Shown: piece after piece, positions 32,230 through 40,484 of the stretch
Layout of the letters: the number at the start of each line of letters is the position of its first letter
Numbering within the stretch: the stretch's first letter is position 1
NCBI GenBank assembly: GCA_041481715.1
Contig: JBGPCK010000002.1
Location: 6,615 to 70,614 of the forward strand
DNA: 64,000 nt
Source of the DNA: Thermoanaerobaculia bacterium
GTDB taxonomy: Bacteria > Acidobacteriota > Thermoanaerobaculia > UBA5066 > Gp7-AA6
Reading direction: 5' to 3'
Translations under genes and position numbers: made by a program
Notes under the pieces: model-generated
Told to the model about the DNA's origin: nothing
The model's database searches: none
The model's input: the letters and a program-made list of their open reading frames with translations, nothing else

Positions 32230-34245
32230 ATGGCCGCGCGGCGACTTCTTTTTTTCCTCGGCCTCGCCGCCGCGCTCACCGTCGGCGTTTGCCTTCGGCT
32301 CTCGACCCGCCCACAGCTGACGGCCGGGGGACGCACCCGCGTGCTCGGCTCGGACGACGCCTATCACATGCGCCGCGCGCGGTTCGCCGTCGCGCACTTC
32401 CCGCGGACCATCCTGTTCGACCCGCTCATGAACTTTCCCGAGGGGGGCGTTCCGATTTGGCCTCCTCTCTTCGATCTGGCCCTCGCGGCTCCCTCGCGGC
32501 TTCTGCACGGCGCGGCCGCGGCTCCAGGGGCGGTCGAGGCCGAGGCGGCCTGGGTCCCGATCGCATTCGCCGAGGCGGCGATCCTGTTGGCGGGCCTGCT
32601 CGGCCGGCAACTCTACGGCCCCGTCGGCGGAATGCTCGCCGCCTCGTTCCTCGCGCTTTGCCCCGGCCACATCCTCTGGACGCAGTTCGGGCATACGGAC
32701 CAGCACGTCGCGGAATCGGCGACGGGGCTTCTGGCGCTGTGGGCGTTCCTCAGGAGCCGGGAGGGCGAGCGGCAGAGGTCGAGCGCGCAGATGTGGAAAG
32801 AGGTGGTTGCGGGTCTCGCGCTCGCGCTGGCCGTGCTGACCTGGCAGGGCGCGATCTACTGGGGCGCCATCTTCGCGCTGACTCTTTTTCTAGAGGCCCT
32901 GCTGCAGGGTCGCGACACCCTGCGGCCGGTTCTGCTCATCCTTGCGCTGCCGGCGGCCCTGACCGCTGCAGCCACGGCGGCCTGGCTCGGTCCGGTTCGT
33001 CCCCCGGTGACCTATGTGTCGTTCGGGTTCTTTCAGCCGCTCTTCCTCGGAGCGCTCGCCGCCGGCACGACTCTCTTCGAGACCCTCGTCGCCGCCAAAC
33101 GGCGAACTCTCCGCGGTCCGGCGCGGGCACAGCGCCTCGCCTTCCTCGCGCTGGCGGCCGCCGTGCTGCTCCCCTTTTCCGGCGACCTCGCGCGGGGGCT
33201 TGCCAACGGCGTTGGATACGTCTTGGGACAGACGCGCGAAGCCGCCGCGCGAGGCGGGTACATCTCCTATCCGGCCGGGTGGCTCAAAGGGATCTTCGAG
33301 GCGCGGCCGCTGCTCGCGGATGGAGTGGAGCTGCCCCTGCAGCAGCTCTCGGCGGTCTTCTTCCTTTCGCCGCTCATCGTCCTGCTCTGGGCCTCGCGGG
33401 CGCGTCGCGGACCTCGGCCCGCGACGCACATTGCCCTCGCGATCTGGGGCGGCGTCACGCTCTTTCTCGCGCTGTCGCAGAGACTGAACGTCTACTACGC
33501 GGCTCCGCTCGTGGCGCTCTGCCTGATCGAGGGGATCCGAACGCTCTACGGACGCCTGGCCGCGGGAGGGGATCCGCGAGCGTCGACTCGGGCCACCGCC
33601 GTGACGGCGACCGTCGCGGCGCTGCTGCTCCTGCCGATGGCGCCCGGCTTGCGGCACGAGCTTTCCGCCGTTCGGGTGCCGGGCACCGACCTCTTCGAGA
33701 CCTTCGACTGGATGCGGCGGGGTCTGCCGCAAGCGGTGGAGGCCTACGATCCGCGGCTGCTCGAGACCCCCCCGGGCCCTCCGGCCCTTTCCCGCGCGAG
33801 CAGTGTGCTCGCCCCCTGGTCGCTCGGGCACCTGATTCTCTACAACGCGGAGCAGCCCGTGGTCGCCAACAATTTCGGATACGGCTTCCTCGATTCGGCC
33901 CGCTTCTTCCTCGCCGAGAGCGAAGAGGAGGCTCTCCAGATCGCCGCCCGCCACCGCGTCCGCTGGATCCTCGCGACCGACCTCGTCCCGCGCATGAACG
34001 ATTACGCCGGTTTCCTCTCGCGCCCGCCGTATCTCCTCTCGGGAGCGGCCGGTCCGGAGCCCACCCCGGCCTACTTCCGAACGATGCAGTCCCGCCTGTA
34101 CGACTTCGATGGAAAGGGAGCGGCGTTGTCCCGGCAGGACGTGCCGCCTCTCTCGCGCTTCCGCCTCGTCTACCACTCTCGCAGCGCGATCCGGCGAGGC
34201 GCCGGCTGGCTGGCCCGCTGGAAGGTGTTCGAGATTACGCCCTGA
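32230..34245 (+). CDS. STT3/AglB-like GT-C membrane protein with a non-canonical WWDYG region
   Basis: I chose the ATG at 32230 (MAARRLLFFLGLAA...). The first loop is GSDDAYHMRR (compare DPxYHxR of STT3/AglB). A second acidic motif is GHTDQHVAE. The position of WWDYG reads PWSLGH, followed by NNFGYG and a soluble C-terminal domain. Confidence 0.6.
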   Translation: MAARRLLFFLGLAAALTVGVCLRLSTRPQLTAGGRTRVLGSDDAYHMRRARFAVAHFPRTILFDPLMNFPEGGVPIWPPLFDLALAAPSRLLHGAAAAPGAVEAEAAWVPIAFAEAAILLAGLLGRQLYGPVGGMLAASFLALCPGHILWTQFGHTDQHVAESATGLLALWAFLRSREGERQRSSAQMWKEVVAGLALALAVLTWQGAIYWGAIFALTLFLEALLQGRDTLRPVLLILALPAALTAAATAAWLGPVRPPVTYVSFGFFQPLFLGALAAGTTLFETLVAAKRRTLRGPARAQRLAFLALAAAVLLPFSGDLARGLANGVGYVLGQTREAAARGGYISYPAGWLKGIFEARPLLADGVELPLQQLSAVFFLSPLIVLLWASRARRGPRPATHIALAIWGGVTLFLALSQRLNVYYAAPLVALCLIEGIRTLYGRLAAGGDPRASTRATAVTATVAALLLLPMAPGLRHELSAVRVPGTDLFETFDWMRRGLPQAVEAYDPRLLETPPGPPALSRASSVLAPWSLGHLILYNAEQPVVANNFGYGFLDSARFFLAESEEEALQIAARHRVRWILATDLVPRMNDYAGFLSRPPYLLSGAAGPEPTPAYFRTMQSRLYDFDGKGAALSRQDVPPLSRFRLVYHSRSAIRRGAGWLARWKVFEITP

Positions 34246-34279
34246 GGGAGTTCAACCCTCCGCGTTCACGATCGGCACT

Positions 34280-34310
34280 CTCTCCAACCCTGAGCTGAAC
34301 TTCAGAACTC
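34280..34310. repeat. Left arm of an imperfect inverted repeat bracketing gene 34317..35891
   Basis: The arm ctctccaaccctgagctgaacttcagaactc aligns with the reverse complement of 35884..35915 (ctctccaaccttaaactctgaactttgaactc). Identical blocks are ctctccaacc, ctgaactt and gaactc. Confidence 0.7.
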
Positions 34311-34316
34311 GAGCTC

Positions 34317-35891
34317 CTACGGCCTCGGGCCGTACAGCCGCCACGCCCCGATGGCCTGCCGCCGCTCGATCGGAGTCGCCGCCTCGAGCACGACGCGTTT
34401 CAACTCTTCACGCCGCGGATCGAGCCTCGAGTAGGCACCGAAGATCGCCGCGCGCCAGAGTCGGCCGCCGTAGGGCGCCCGCGGCGGCGAGGCGAGCGGC
34501 GCGGCGAAGAGCAGGAGCGACGCGGCGAGCGCCGCCGCGGACGAAGGCCGGAGGGGGGCGGCCGCGCGCAGCGCCAGACCCCCTGCCACCGCCACCGCCG
34601 CCGCCGGAAAGAGCAGCGAAATGCCCCCCAGACCGGACAGCAGGTTGCCGGCGAACCAACCGCGAGAGAGAAACCAGAGCGAGCCCGTCGCGGGCGGCCA
34701 GGGCAAGTCGAGCGGAAAGTGCGGCCAGGACACGGTCATCGCGAGGTGCGCGATCACGGAGAAGAGGGCGGCCACCGCGAAGAGTCCCCGGGAGAGCGGT
34801 GTTGCAAGCGCGTGCGGCAGCGCAAGCGCCGCGAAGAAGAGCACCGGAAGAAGGTAACGGTTACCCAGCGCCCATCCCCCGTGCCAGTTGGGGTAGCCGG
34901 TCAACAACACGAAGAATCCGCCTACGGCCGCGAGCAACACCAGGGCGGCGGATCGGTCGGCGCCGGAGCGGCGCCAGCGTGCGAAGCCCGGCGCGGCCCA
35001 GATCCAGAATGGAGAAAAGAGAAGCAGCCCACGCGCCGGATGCGCCAGGTACCCGAGGGCGACCGAAGGGCTCGGCCAGCCGAAACCGAAAACACCCCGG
35101 CCGGCGAGGGCCGAGTACCCCGCGTGCGCCTCTCGCGCGGAAGAGAGCACGAAAGGCGAGCCGAAACAGCTCGCGTCGTAGCCGAGCAGGACGGCCAGAG
35201 GAACGGCCGCGCCCGCGCCGAAGGGAAGAAACCGCCGGCCGGAGCCGGTCGAGAAGGCGAGCAGCAGGGCAAGCGGCGCCACGGTGTACTCGGAGATCGC
35301 CGCCCAGCCCGCCAGCAGCCCCGCCGCCGCGAGCAACGCGGTGACCCGACGGCTTCCCTCCCGCTCTCGGGCCAGACGGATCAGATCCCACGAGAGAAAC
35401 AGTAGCGAAGCGACCCATGCGTGCGCGAAGAAGGAGCGCGCGTAAAAGAGAAAAGGCGTGCCGAACGCGACCGCAAAGCCTGCCAGCGCCGCCGCCGGCG
35501 AGGGATCGAGGCGCCGCAGGAAGCGCCCGAGCGCGAGCACGCAGACCGAGGAGACCGTCAGGATCCGCAGCCAGACGAAAATCGCATCCGCGGCAGACCG
35601 CGGCGCGGCGAGAAAGACGCGCAAGAGTCGGTATACGGGAATTGCGGCCAGGGCCAGGCCGGGCGCCTTGTTCGAGTAGAAGTGTCCGCCCGAAAGCGAC
35701 TTGTCCTCGTGGTCTCCCAGCACGGCGATCGCACCCTCGATTCGCAGGGTCGAGAGCTCCACGGCGGCGTAGACGCTCTCCAGCCGCGAGAGCTCGTTGG
35801 GGTTGGAGAACGGAGGGAAGAGGCCCGTGAAGTAGACGGCGGTAAAGGCAAAGGCGGCGACGACCGTCCGCGATGCGAGTTTGGAGTTCAA
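34317..35891 (-). CDS. PMT_2/ArnT-like GT-C membrane protein
   Basis: The ORF has a TTG start. The N-terminal loop is NPNELSRLESVYAAVELSTLRIEG...DKSLSGGHFYSNKAPGLALAAIPVY (acidic motif plus a Y..K.PG motif). The product is a 524-aa polytopic protein. Confidence 0.6.
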   Translation of the reverse strand: MNSKLASRTVVAAFAFTAVYFTGLFPPFSNPNELSRLESVYAAVELSTLRIEGAIAVLGDHEDKSLSGGHFYSNKAPGLALAAIPVYRLLRVFLAAPRSAADAIFVWLRILTVSSVCVLALGRFLRRLDPSPAAALAGFAVAFGTPFLFYARSFFAHAWVASLLFLSWDLIRLAREREGSRRVTALLAAAGLLAGWAAISEYTVAPLALLLAFSTGSGRRFLPFGAGAAVPLAVLLGYDASCFGSPFVLSSAREAHAGYSALAGRGVFGFGWPSPSVALGYLAHPARGLLLFSPFWIWAAPGFARWRRSGADRSAALVLLAAVGGFFVLLTGYPNWHGGWALGNRYLLPVLFFAALALPHALATPLSRGLFAVAALFSVIAHLAMTVSWPHFPLDLPWPPATGSLWFLSRGWFAGNLLSGLGGISLLFPAAAVAVAGGLALRAAAPLRPSSAAALAASLLLFAAPLASPPRAPYGGRLWRAAIFGAYSRLDPRREELKRVVLEAATPIERRQAIGAWRLYGPRP

Positions 35892-35915
35892 AGTTCAGAG
35901 TTTAAGGTTGGAGAG
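35884..35915. repeat. Right arm of the inverted repeat, containing the start codon and -10-like box of gene 34317..35891
   Basis: The arm reads gagttcaaagttcagagtttaaggttggagag. On the minus strand it reads ...ccTTAAACTctgaactTTGaactc. Confidence 0.7.
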
Positions 35916-35971
35916 CGAGGAAACGACGACTCAACTTCAAACTTTAAACCTTTAGACCTTAAACTCCCTCG

Positions 35972-38359
35972 ATGTCCTCCCGCGGGCGCGCGCTCCTGTC
36001 CAGCCTGTCGCTCGCGGCTCTCCTTGCCCTCCCTTTGCTGCCGGAGATCCTGGGCGCGCGGCGGCTCGTCTTTCGAGACGCCCAGATCACGCACTGGCCT
36101 TGGCGGCGCGTCGCCATGGAGACGCTCGCCTCGGGAGAGGCGCCCTTCGTCAATGAGGGCGCCTCGGGAGGGCAGCCGCTGCTCGCCAATCCCAACGCAG
36201 TTCTGCTCTATCCGACCCTCCTGTTGGAGAGGATCCTTCCCGCGGCCTCCGCCTTCAACCTTCACTACCTGCTCCAGGTGCTGTGGGCATTCTTCGGGGC
36301 GCGCTTACTCGCGCGGCGCCTGCGTCAGTCGGAAGGAGCCGCGTTCCTCTGCGGGGCGGCGTACGCGTTCTCGGGAATGATGCTCTCTTTCGCCGCCGGC
36401 TTCGCGAACTCTTCCGCGGCGGCGGCGTGGCTCCCCTGGTGCGCCGCCGCGGCACTCTCGCTCGCCCGCGCCGACGGATGGCCACGGGCGCTAGCGCGCC
36501 TTCCCGCGCTCGCCCTCGCCCTGGGCCTGCAGCTTCTGGCGGGAGAGCCGGCGATCTCGCTGCTGACGGTTTTCACCTGCGTCGCGATCGGCCTCGTCGA
36601 GGCCGCCGCCGGGCCGGCCCCGGGCACCTCTCGGGCCGGCCGCTTCCTCGCCGCCACGGCAGGCGCCGGAGTCGCCGCGGCCGCGCTCGCCGCGCCGTTG
36701 CTCTGGCCGCTCTTCCGGGTCCTGCCGCTGACCTACCGCGGTCAACACCTCTTCTCCGAACGTGCGTTCGGCGCCTCGCCGTTTGCCGCCTGGCGCGCAG
36801 TCGAGTGGCTCTTCCCGCGCTTTTCCGGGGATCCGGGCGCCCTTGCCGCGGGCGCTCACTGGCAGTACGCGCTCCACCACGACGACTTGGTCTACATCTG
36901 GTGCGTGACCTTCGGCGTGATCCCTCTCTTCCTCGTGGCGCTCGCGGCGCTCTCGCGCAACTTCTGGCGCGGGCCGGTGCCGTGGCTCGCAGCCGGAGCC
37001 TTCGTTGCGCTTCTCTTCGCGTTCGGCCCCGCGTTGCCCTTCTACCGCGCCCTCGGGGCCGTCGCGTTGCTGCGCCGGCTCCGTTACCCGATCAAGTTTT
37101 ATCTGCTGACGACACTTGGTGTCGCCTTGCTCGCCGGGTTCGCCGTGGACCACTTCGCCGCGCGCCGGCCCCGCAAGCGTGAGGCCCTCGGGATCGGCGC
37201 AATCGCCCTCCTCTATCTCTTCGCGGTCGTCGCCGCCGGGAAGGGGGGGCTGGTCGAACGCCACGTCGAGCCGTTGCTCGAGGGGTTGGCGGCTCCTGCC
37301 GCCGCATTGCTGCCCGCGATCCGGCGCACCTTCGCCGTGGACGCACTGCTGGGGCTCGCCTGCCTCGCGGCCGTGGCCGCGGTCGTGGTTCTCCGCCCGC
37401 GCGCCCCCGCGGGCGGCTATCTGCTCGGCTTCGCGACGCTCTTCTTCGCGCTTCCCTGGGGCTTGCCGCTCTTCGTTTCCGCGGACGAGAAAGACCTCGA
37501 GCGGCCACCGGCGCTCCGGCCCGCAATCGTCGCGCCGGGGCGCCTCTACGTCTCGCCGCGCCTGCCCGAGTTCAACGTGCTCGCGACCGGAAGCGCCCAC
37601 CCGGACATGGAGCCTCGCGTCTCGAGGCTCGCGCGGGTGCAGGTCGAAGAACTCATCCCCGGCACCGGCGAGCCCTTCGGCGTCCACTACCTCTTCGACG
37701 CCGACCCGGACGGCTCCTACGGCTACTACAACCGGCTCGCGAACGAGGCTCTGACGGCCTCGACGCCGGCCGAGCGGATCCGGCTGTTGCGCTCTTTCGC
37801 GGGCCGTTGGATCCTTGCCGAAGAAAACGAGGACTTCCCGATGACCCGCTCGGTGACGGGCCTGACGGTTGCGGGACGGCGGCTGGTCCTGCGGGAGCTC
37901 GCGGCCCCTCTCCCTCAGCTGCGGTGGGCGGGACGCGAGCTTCGCCGCCGCTCGCTGTCCGGCGCGCTCGAGCTGCTGCGCTCCGACCGCTTCGATCCGG
38001 AGCTCGACGTCGTGCTGCCGGGAACCTCCGACGAGGACCGAGCGGGTGGCGCCCATGCCCGGCTGTGGCCGGAGATCGTCCGGCCGGCAGCCGCGTCCAC
38101 GAGGGTCGAAGCGGACGGGCCCGGCTACGTGGTCTTCTCGAGAACCTACTTCCCGAGCTGGGGGGCCCGTGTCGACGGCCGGCCGGCCCGCGTGCTCGTC
38201 GCCAACGCGCGGGACCTCGCTGTCGCCGTGCCCTCCGGCTCTCACCGTGTCGAGTTCCGCTGGGAGCGCTCGACGTTCCAGTGGGGCGTCGCACTGCAAG
38301 CGGCGGTGCTCCTGCTGCTCGCCCTGGCCGCGTGGACGAAGAGGAAATCTGTCGTGTAA
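35972..38359 (+). CDS. YfhO-like GT-C membrane glycosyltransferase
   Basis: The 795-aa product has the signature FRDAQITHWPWRRVAMETLASGEAPFVNEGASGGQPLLANPNAVLLYP and the C-terminal FPSWGARVDGRPARVL...VPSGSHRVEFRW domain. Its stop codon TAA (38357..38359) lies inside the R1 element terminus. Confidence 0.75.
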   Translation: MSSRGRALLSSLSLAALLALPLLPEILGARRLVFRDAQITHWPWRRVAMETLASGEAPFVNEGASGGQPLLANPNAVLLYPTLLLERILPAASAFNLHYLLQVLWAFFGARLLARRLRQSEGAAFLCGAAYAFSGMMLSFAAGFANSSAAAAWLPWCAAAALSLARADGWPRALARLPALALALGLQLLAGEPAISLLTVFTCVAIGLVEAAAGPAPGTSRAGRFLAATAGAGVAAAALAAPLLWPLFRVLPLTYRGQHLFSERAFGASPFAAWRAVEWLFPRFSGDPGALAAGAHWQYALHHDDLVYIWCVTFGVIPLFLVALAALSRNFWRGPVPWLAAGAFVALLFAFGPALPFYRALGAVALLRRLRYPIKFYLLTTLGVALLAGFAVDHFAARRPRKREALGIGAIALLYLFAVVAAGKGGLVERHVEPLLEGLAAPAAALLPAIRRTFAVDALLGLACLAAVAAVVVLRPRAPAGGYLLGFATLFFALPWGLPLFVSADEKDLERPPALRPAIVAPGRLYVSPRLPEFNVLATGSAHPDMEPRVSRLARVQVEELIPGTGEPFGVHYLFDADPDGSYGYYNRLANEALTASTPAERIRLLRSFAGRWILAEENEDFPMTRSVTGLTVAGRRLVLRELAAPLPQLRWAGRELRRRSLSGALELLRSDRFDPELDVVLPGTSDEDRAGGAHARLWPEIVRPAAASTRVEADGPGYVVFSRTYFPSWGARVDGRPARVLVANARDLAVAVPSGSHRVEFRWERSTFQWGVALQAAVLLLLALAAWTKRKSVV

Positions 38360-38473
38360 CCGAAGTCTTGACGCGCAGGCTCCGTAGGGGCGGCCCTTGC
38401 GGCCGCCCGCGGGCGGGGACAAGCCCCGCCCCTACGACCGAAGGCCGCTATCGGGACTCCCGTTACAACGACA
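38350..38473. repeat. R1 GC-rich palindromic MITE/REP-like element, full copy B
   Basis: The ends are terminal inverted repeats, tgtcgtgTAACCGAAGTC ... GACTCCCGTTAcaacgaca. The core is GTAGGGGCGGCCCTTGCGGCCGCCC GCGGGCGGGGACAAGCCCCGCCCCTAC, two hairpins plus an outer stem. The element fills the whole spacer between two convergent genes. Confidence 0.85.
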
Positions 38474-39565
38474 CTAGCTCGCCGCCTCGGACTTCGAGAG
38501 TCGCCGCACTTCCCAGAGGAGCCAGAAGACCAGCGCCCACCACGGGCCGGACCAGCCGGGCAGATGCGGCAGCTCGACGCCGATCGCGTCGGGAGAATGG
38601 ATCAGAAAGAGCGTCACCATGGCGGTGTACGCGGCGTATCCCGCGCTCGGATACAGGGCGCCGAACGCGATCGGCCACACGAAATAGTAGGGAGCGATGC
38701 CGGGCAGGAAGATCAGGATCACCAGAAACAGCAGGAGGCAGCCGCGGTCGAACTCGAGACCGCGCCGGCGCACCCAGATCACGCACGCGACCGCCGCGAC
38801 AACGCAGAGCGCCCTCGTGCCCCACTCCGGCATGAACGGCAGGAACCGAAGCGCCTCGGTGCCGTAGGGCTCTCCCATGCTCTGGTACCCGAAGATCTGG
38901 GCGCGAATCCGGTCCCGAGAGGCCCAGAACGGGAGCAGAGCCGCGAAGAAGACCGCGTACGGTGTCAGGGACGCCGCCAGAGAAACCCGAGGCGGCTTGC
39001 GGCGCGGGAGCAGAAGAGGGTGGAACCACGCGACGTGCTTGATCAGGATCGATGCCGTGACCCCGAAGACCGCCCGCCCTCGGCGCACGGCTGCGCCGGT
39101 CATTGCGGTCGCGGATACCAGCAGAAAGAGAATCGCCACGTTGTCGAACATGCCGCTATAGCTCGAGATGAAGACCGAAACCGGGTTGGCGAAGAACAGG
39201 AGGGACGCGAAAGCGGCTCGCCGCCGCGAAGCCTCGCGGGCGCGCAGAATCCGGTAGATCAGGCGCGCCGACGCCGCGTCGACCGCCAACAGCACGATCG
39301 TCACCCCGGCGGCGAGCGGCACCCCGAAGAGAGCCCCCACCCGCGCGATCGCCCACAGCAGGTATGCCCAAACGGGCGCGTAGTTGTACCGGCTCGTCTC
39401 GGTGTAGACGTTGCCGCCCCGGTTCACGATCTCGGCAACGATCTGGAAGGAACGCAGATCGTAGTTCTCCCGCTGGGCGGCGATGAAGAAAATCCGCAGC
39501 AGGAGCGCCGCCAGGAACCCCGCCATCAGTACCGTCCGGTCCCGGCCTCCGATGCGCTCGCTCAC
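38474..39565 (-). CDS. DUF2029/GT87-like GT-C membrane protein, last gene of the arn-like operon
   Basis: The GTG at 39565 overlaps the arnD stop (GTGA). The motif FQIVAEIVNRGGNVYTETSRYNYAPVW is present. It is a 363-aa polytopic paralog of 27083..28234. Confidence 0.7.
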   Translation of the reverse strand: MSERIGGRDRTVLMAGFLAALLLRIFFIAAQRENYDLRSFQIVAEIVNRGGNVYTETSRYNYAPVWAYLLWAIARVGALFGVPLAAGVTIVLLAVDAASARLIYRILRAREASRRRAAFASLLFFANPVSVFISSYSGMFDNVAILFLLVSATAMTGAAVRRGRAVFGVTASILIKHVAWFHPLLLPRRKPPRVSLAASLTPYAVFFAALLPFWASRDRIRAQIFGYQSMGEPYGTEALRFLPFMPEWGTRALCVVAAVACVIWVRRRGLEFDRGCLLLFLVILIFLPGIAPYYFVWPIAFGALYPSAGYAAYTAMVTLFLIHSPDAIGVELPHLPGWSGPWWALVFWLLWEVRRLSKSEAAS

Positions 39566-40476
39566 GATCCGCCGTCGCGGGGCCAGCCGGTCGCAACGGT
39601 TCCGCCGCGGCCGGGGAGCGTCGTCCGCGTGACCTCGCGGACCGGGATCGATTCGCGCCGGCCGAGGCTCTCCTCGGCCAGATCCGTCAGCAGCGGGAAT
39701 CGCACGCCGGCCGAGAGCCAGTCGTCCAGGATCGACTCGAAGAGGACGGCCTTCGAACGCCCCTCGACCTCGGCGTGGATCGTGTGCACCTCCGTGCCGC
39801 GCGGGGCCTCTCGGAAGAAGCGCCGCTGATCCGCGTCGGCGGAAAGCTCCGGCCAGGCGAGCGTCTCGTCCAGCGTTGGAAGCGTCGACGGAATCTCGAG
39901 GGTCGTGAAATCGCGCCCTGCGGCCCTGGGAAAGAACGGCGTGCCGCCGCGCGTGTTCGACGTGTAATGGAGCCCCCGCTCCTCCTCGACCTCGAGGGAT
40001 CGGGCATTGACCGTCCAGCCGGCGGCGGCCGCCACGCGCGCTGGGCGCCCGAAGGCCGCGCGGTATGCCTCATGGGCGCGCCCGGTCTCCTCCCGAATCC
40101 AATCGACGCTCATTCGGTCCAGGCCGTCGTGCCAGCCGACGTGGTCCCAGGCATGGACACCCGTCTCGTGCCCTGCCGCGGCAGCGGCGCGCATCTGCCC
40201 CGCGCAACGCTCCCCGATGCGCGGCGCGGGAAGCAGCGTGCCGTACAGCACCGTGGGGAAACCGTACAGGGACGCCGCGCGGCTGCGCAGCATTTTCTCG
40301 AGGAAGCCGGGCTGCGTAAGGACGCGGCGGATCGCGACACCCGAGCGGTCCGGGCCGAAGGTGAAGAAGAAGGTCGCCCGGATGCCCCGGCGGGACAGAA
40401 GATCCACCAGCCGCGGCACCCCCTCGCGAGTCCCGACGTACGTGTCGCAGTCGACCTTGAGGGCGACGCGGAGCAT
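39562..40476 (-). CDS. arnD: 4-deoxy-4-formamido-L-arabinose-phosphoundecaprenol deformylase-like polysaccharide deacetylase
   Basis: The product is collinear with E. coli ArnD as I remember it: LKVDCDTYVGTREGVPRL, TFFFTFGPD, MLRSRAASLYG, HAWDH, AAAGW, IPSTLPTLDE and TIHAEVEG. Confidence 0.85.
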   Translation of the reverse strand: MLRVALKVDCDTYVGTREGVPRLVDLLSRRGIRATFFFTFGPDRSGVAIRRVLTQPGFLEKMLRSRAASLYGFPTVLYGTLLPAPRIGERCAGQMRAAAAAGHETGVHAWDHVGWHDGLDRMSVDWIREETGRAHEAYRAAFGRPARVAAAAGWTVNARSLEVEEERGLHYTSNTRGGTPFFPRAAGRDFTTLEIPSTLPTLDETLAWPELSADADQRRFFREAPRGTEVHTIHAEVEGRSKAVLFESILDDWLSAGVRFPLLTDLAEESLGRRESIPVREVTRTTLPGRGGTVATGWPRDGGS

Positions 40477-40484
40477 GTCGGGCC

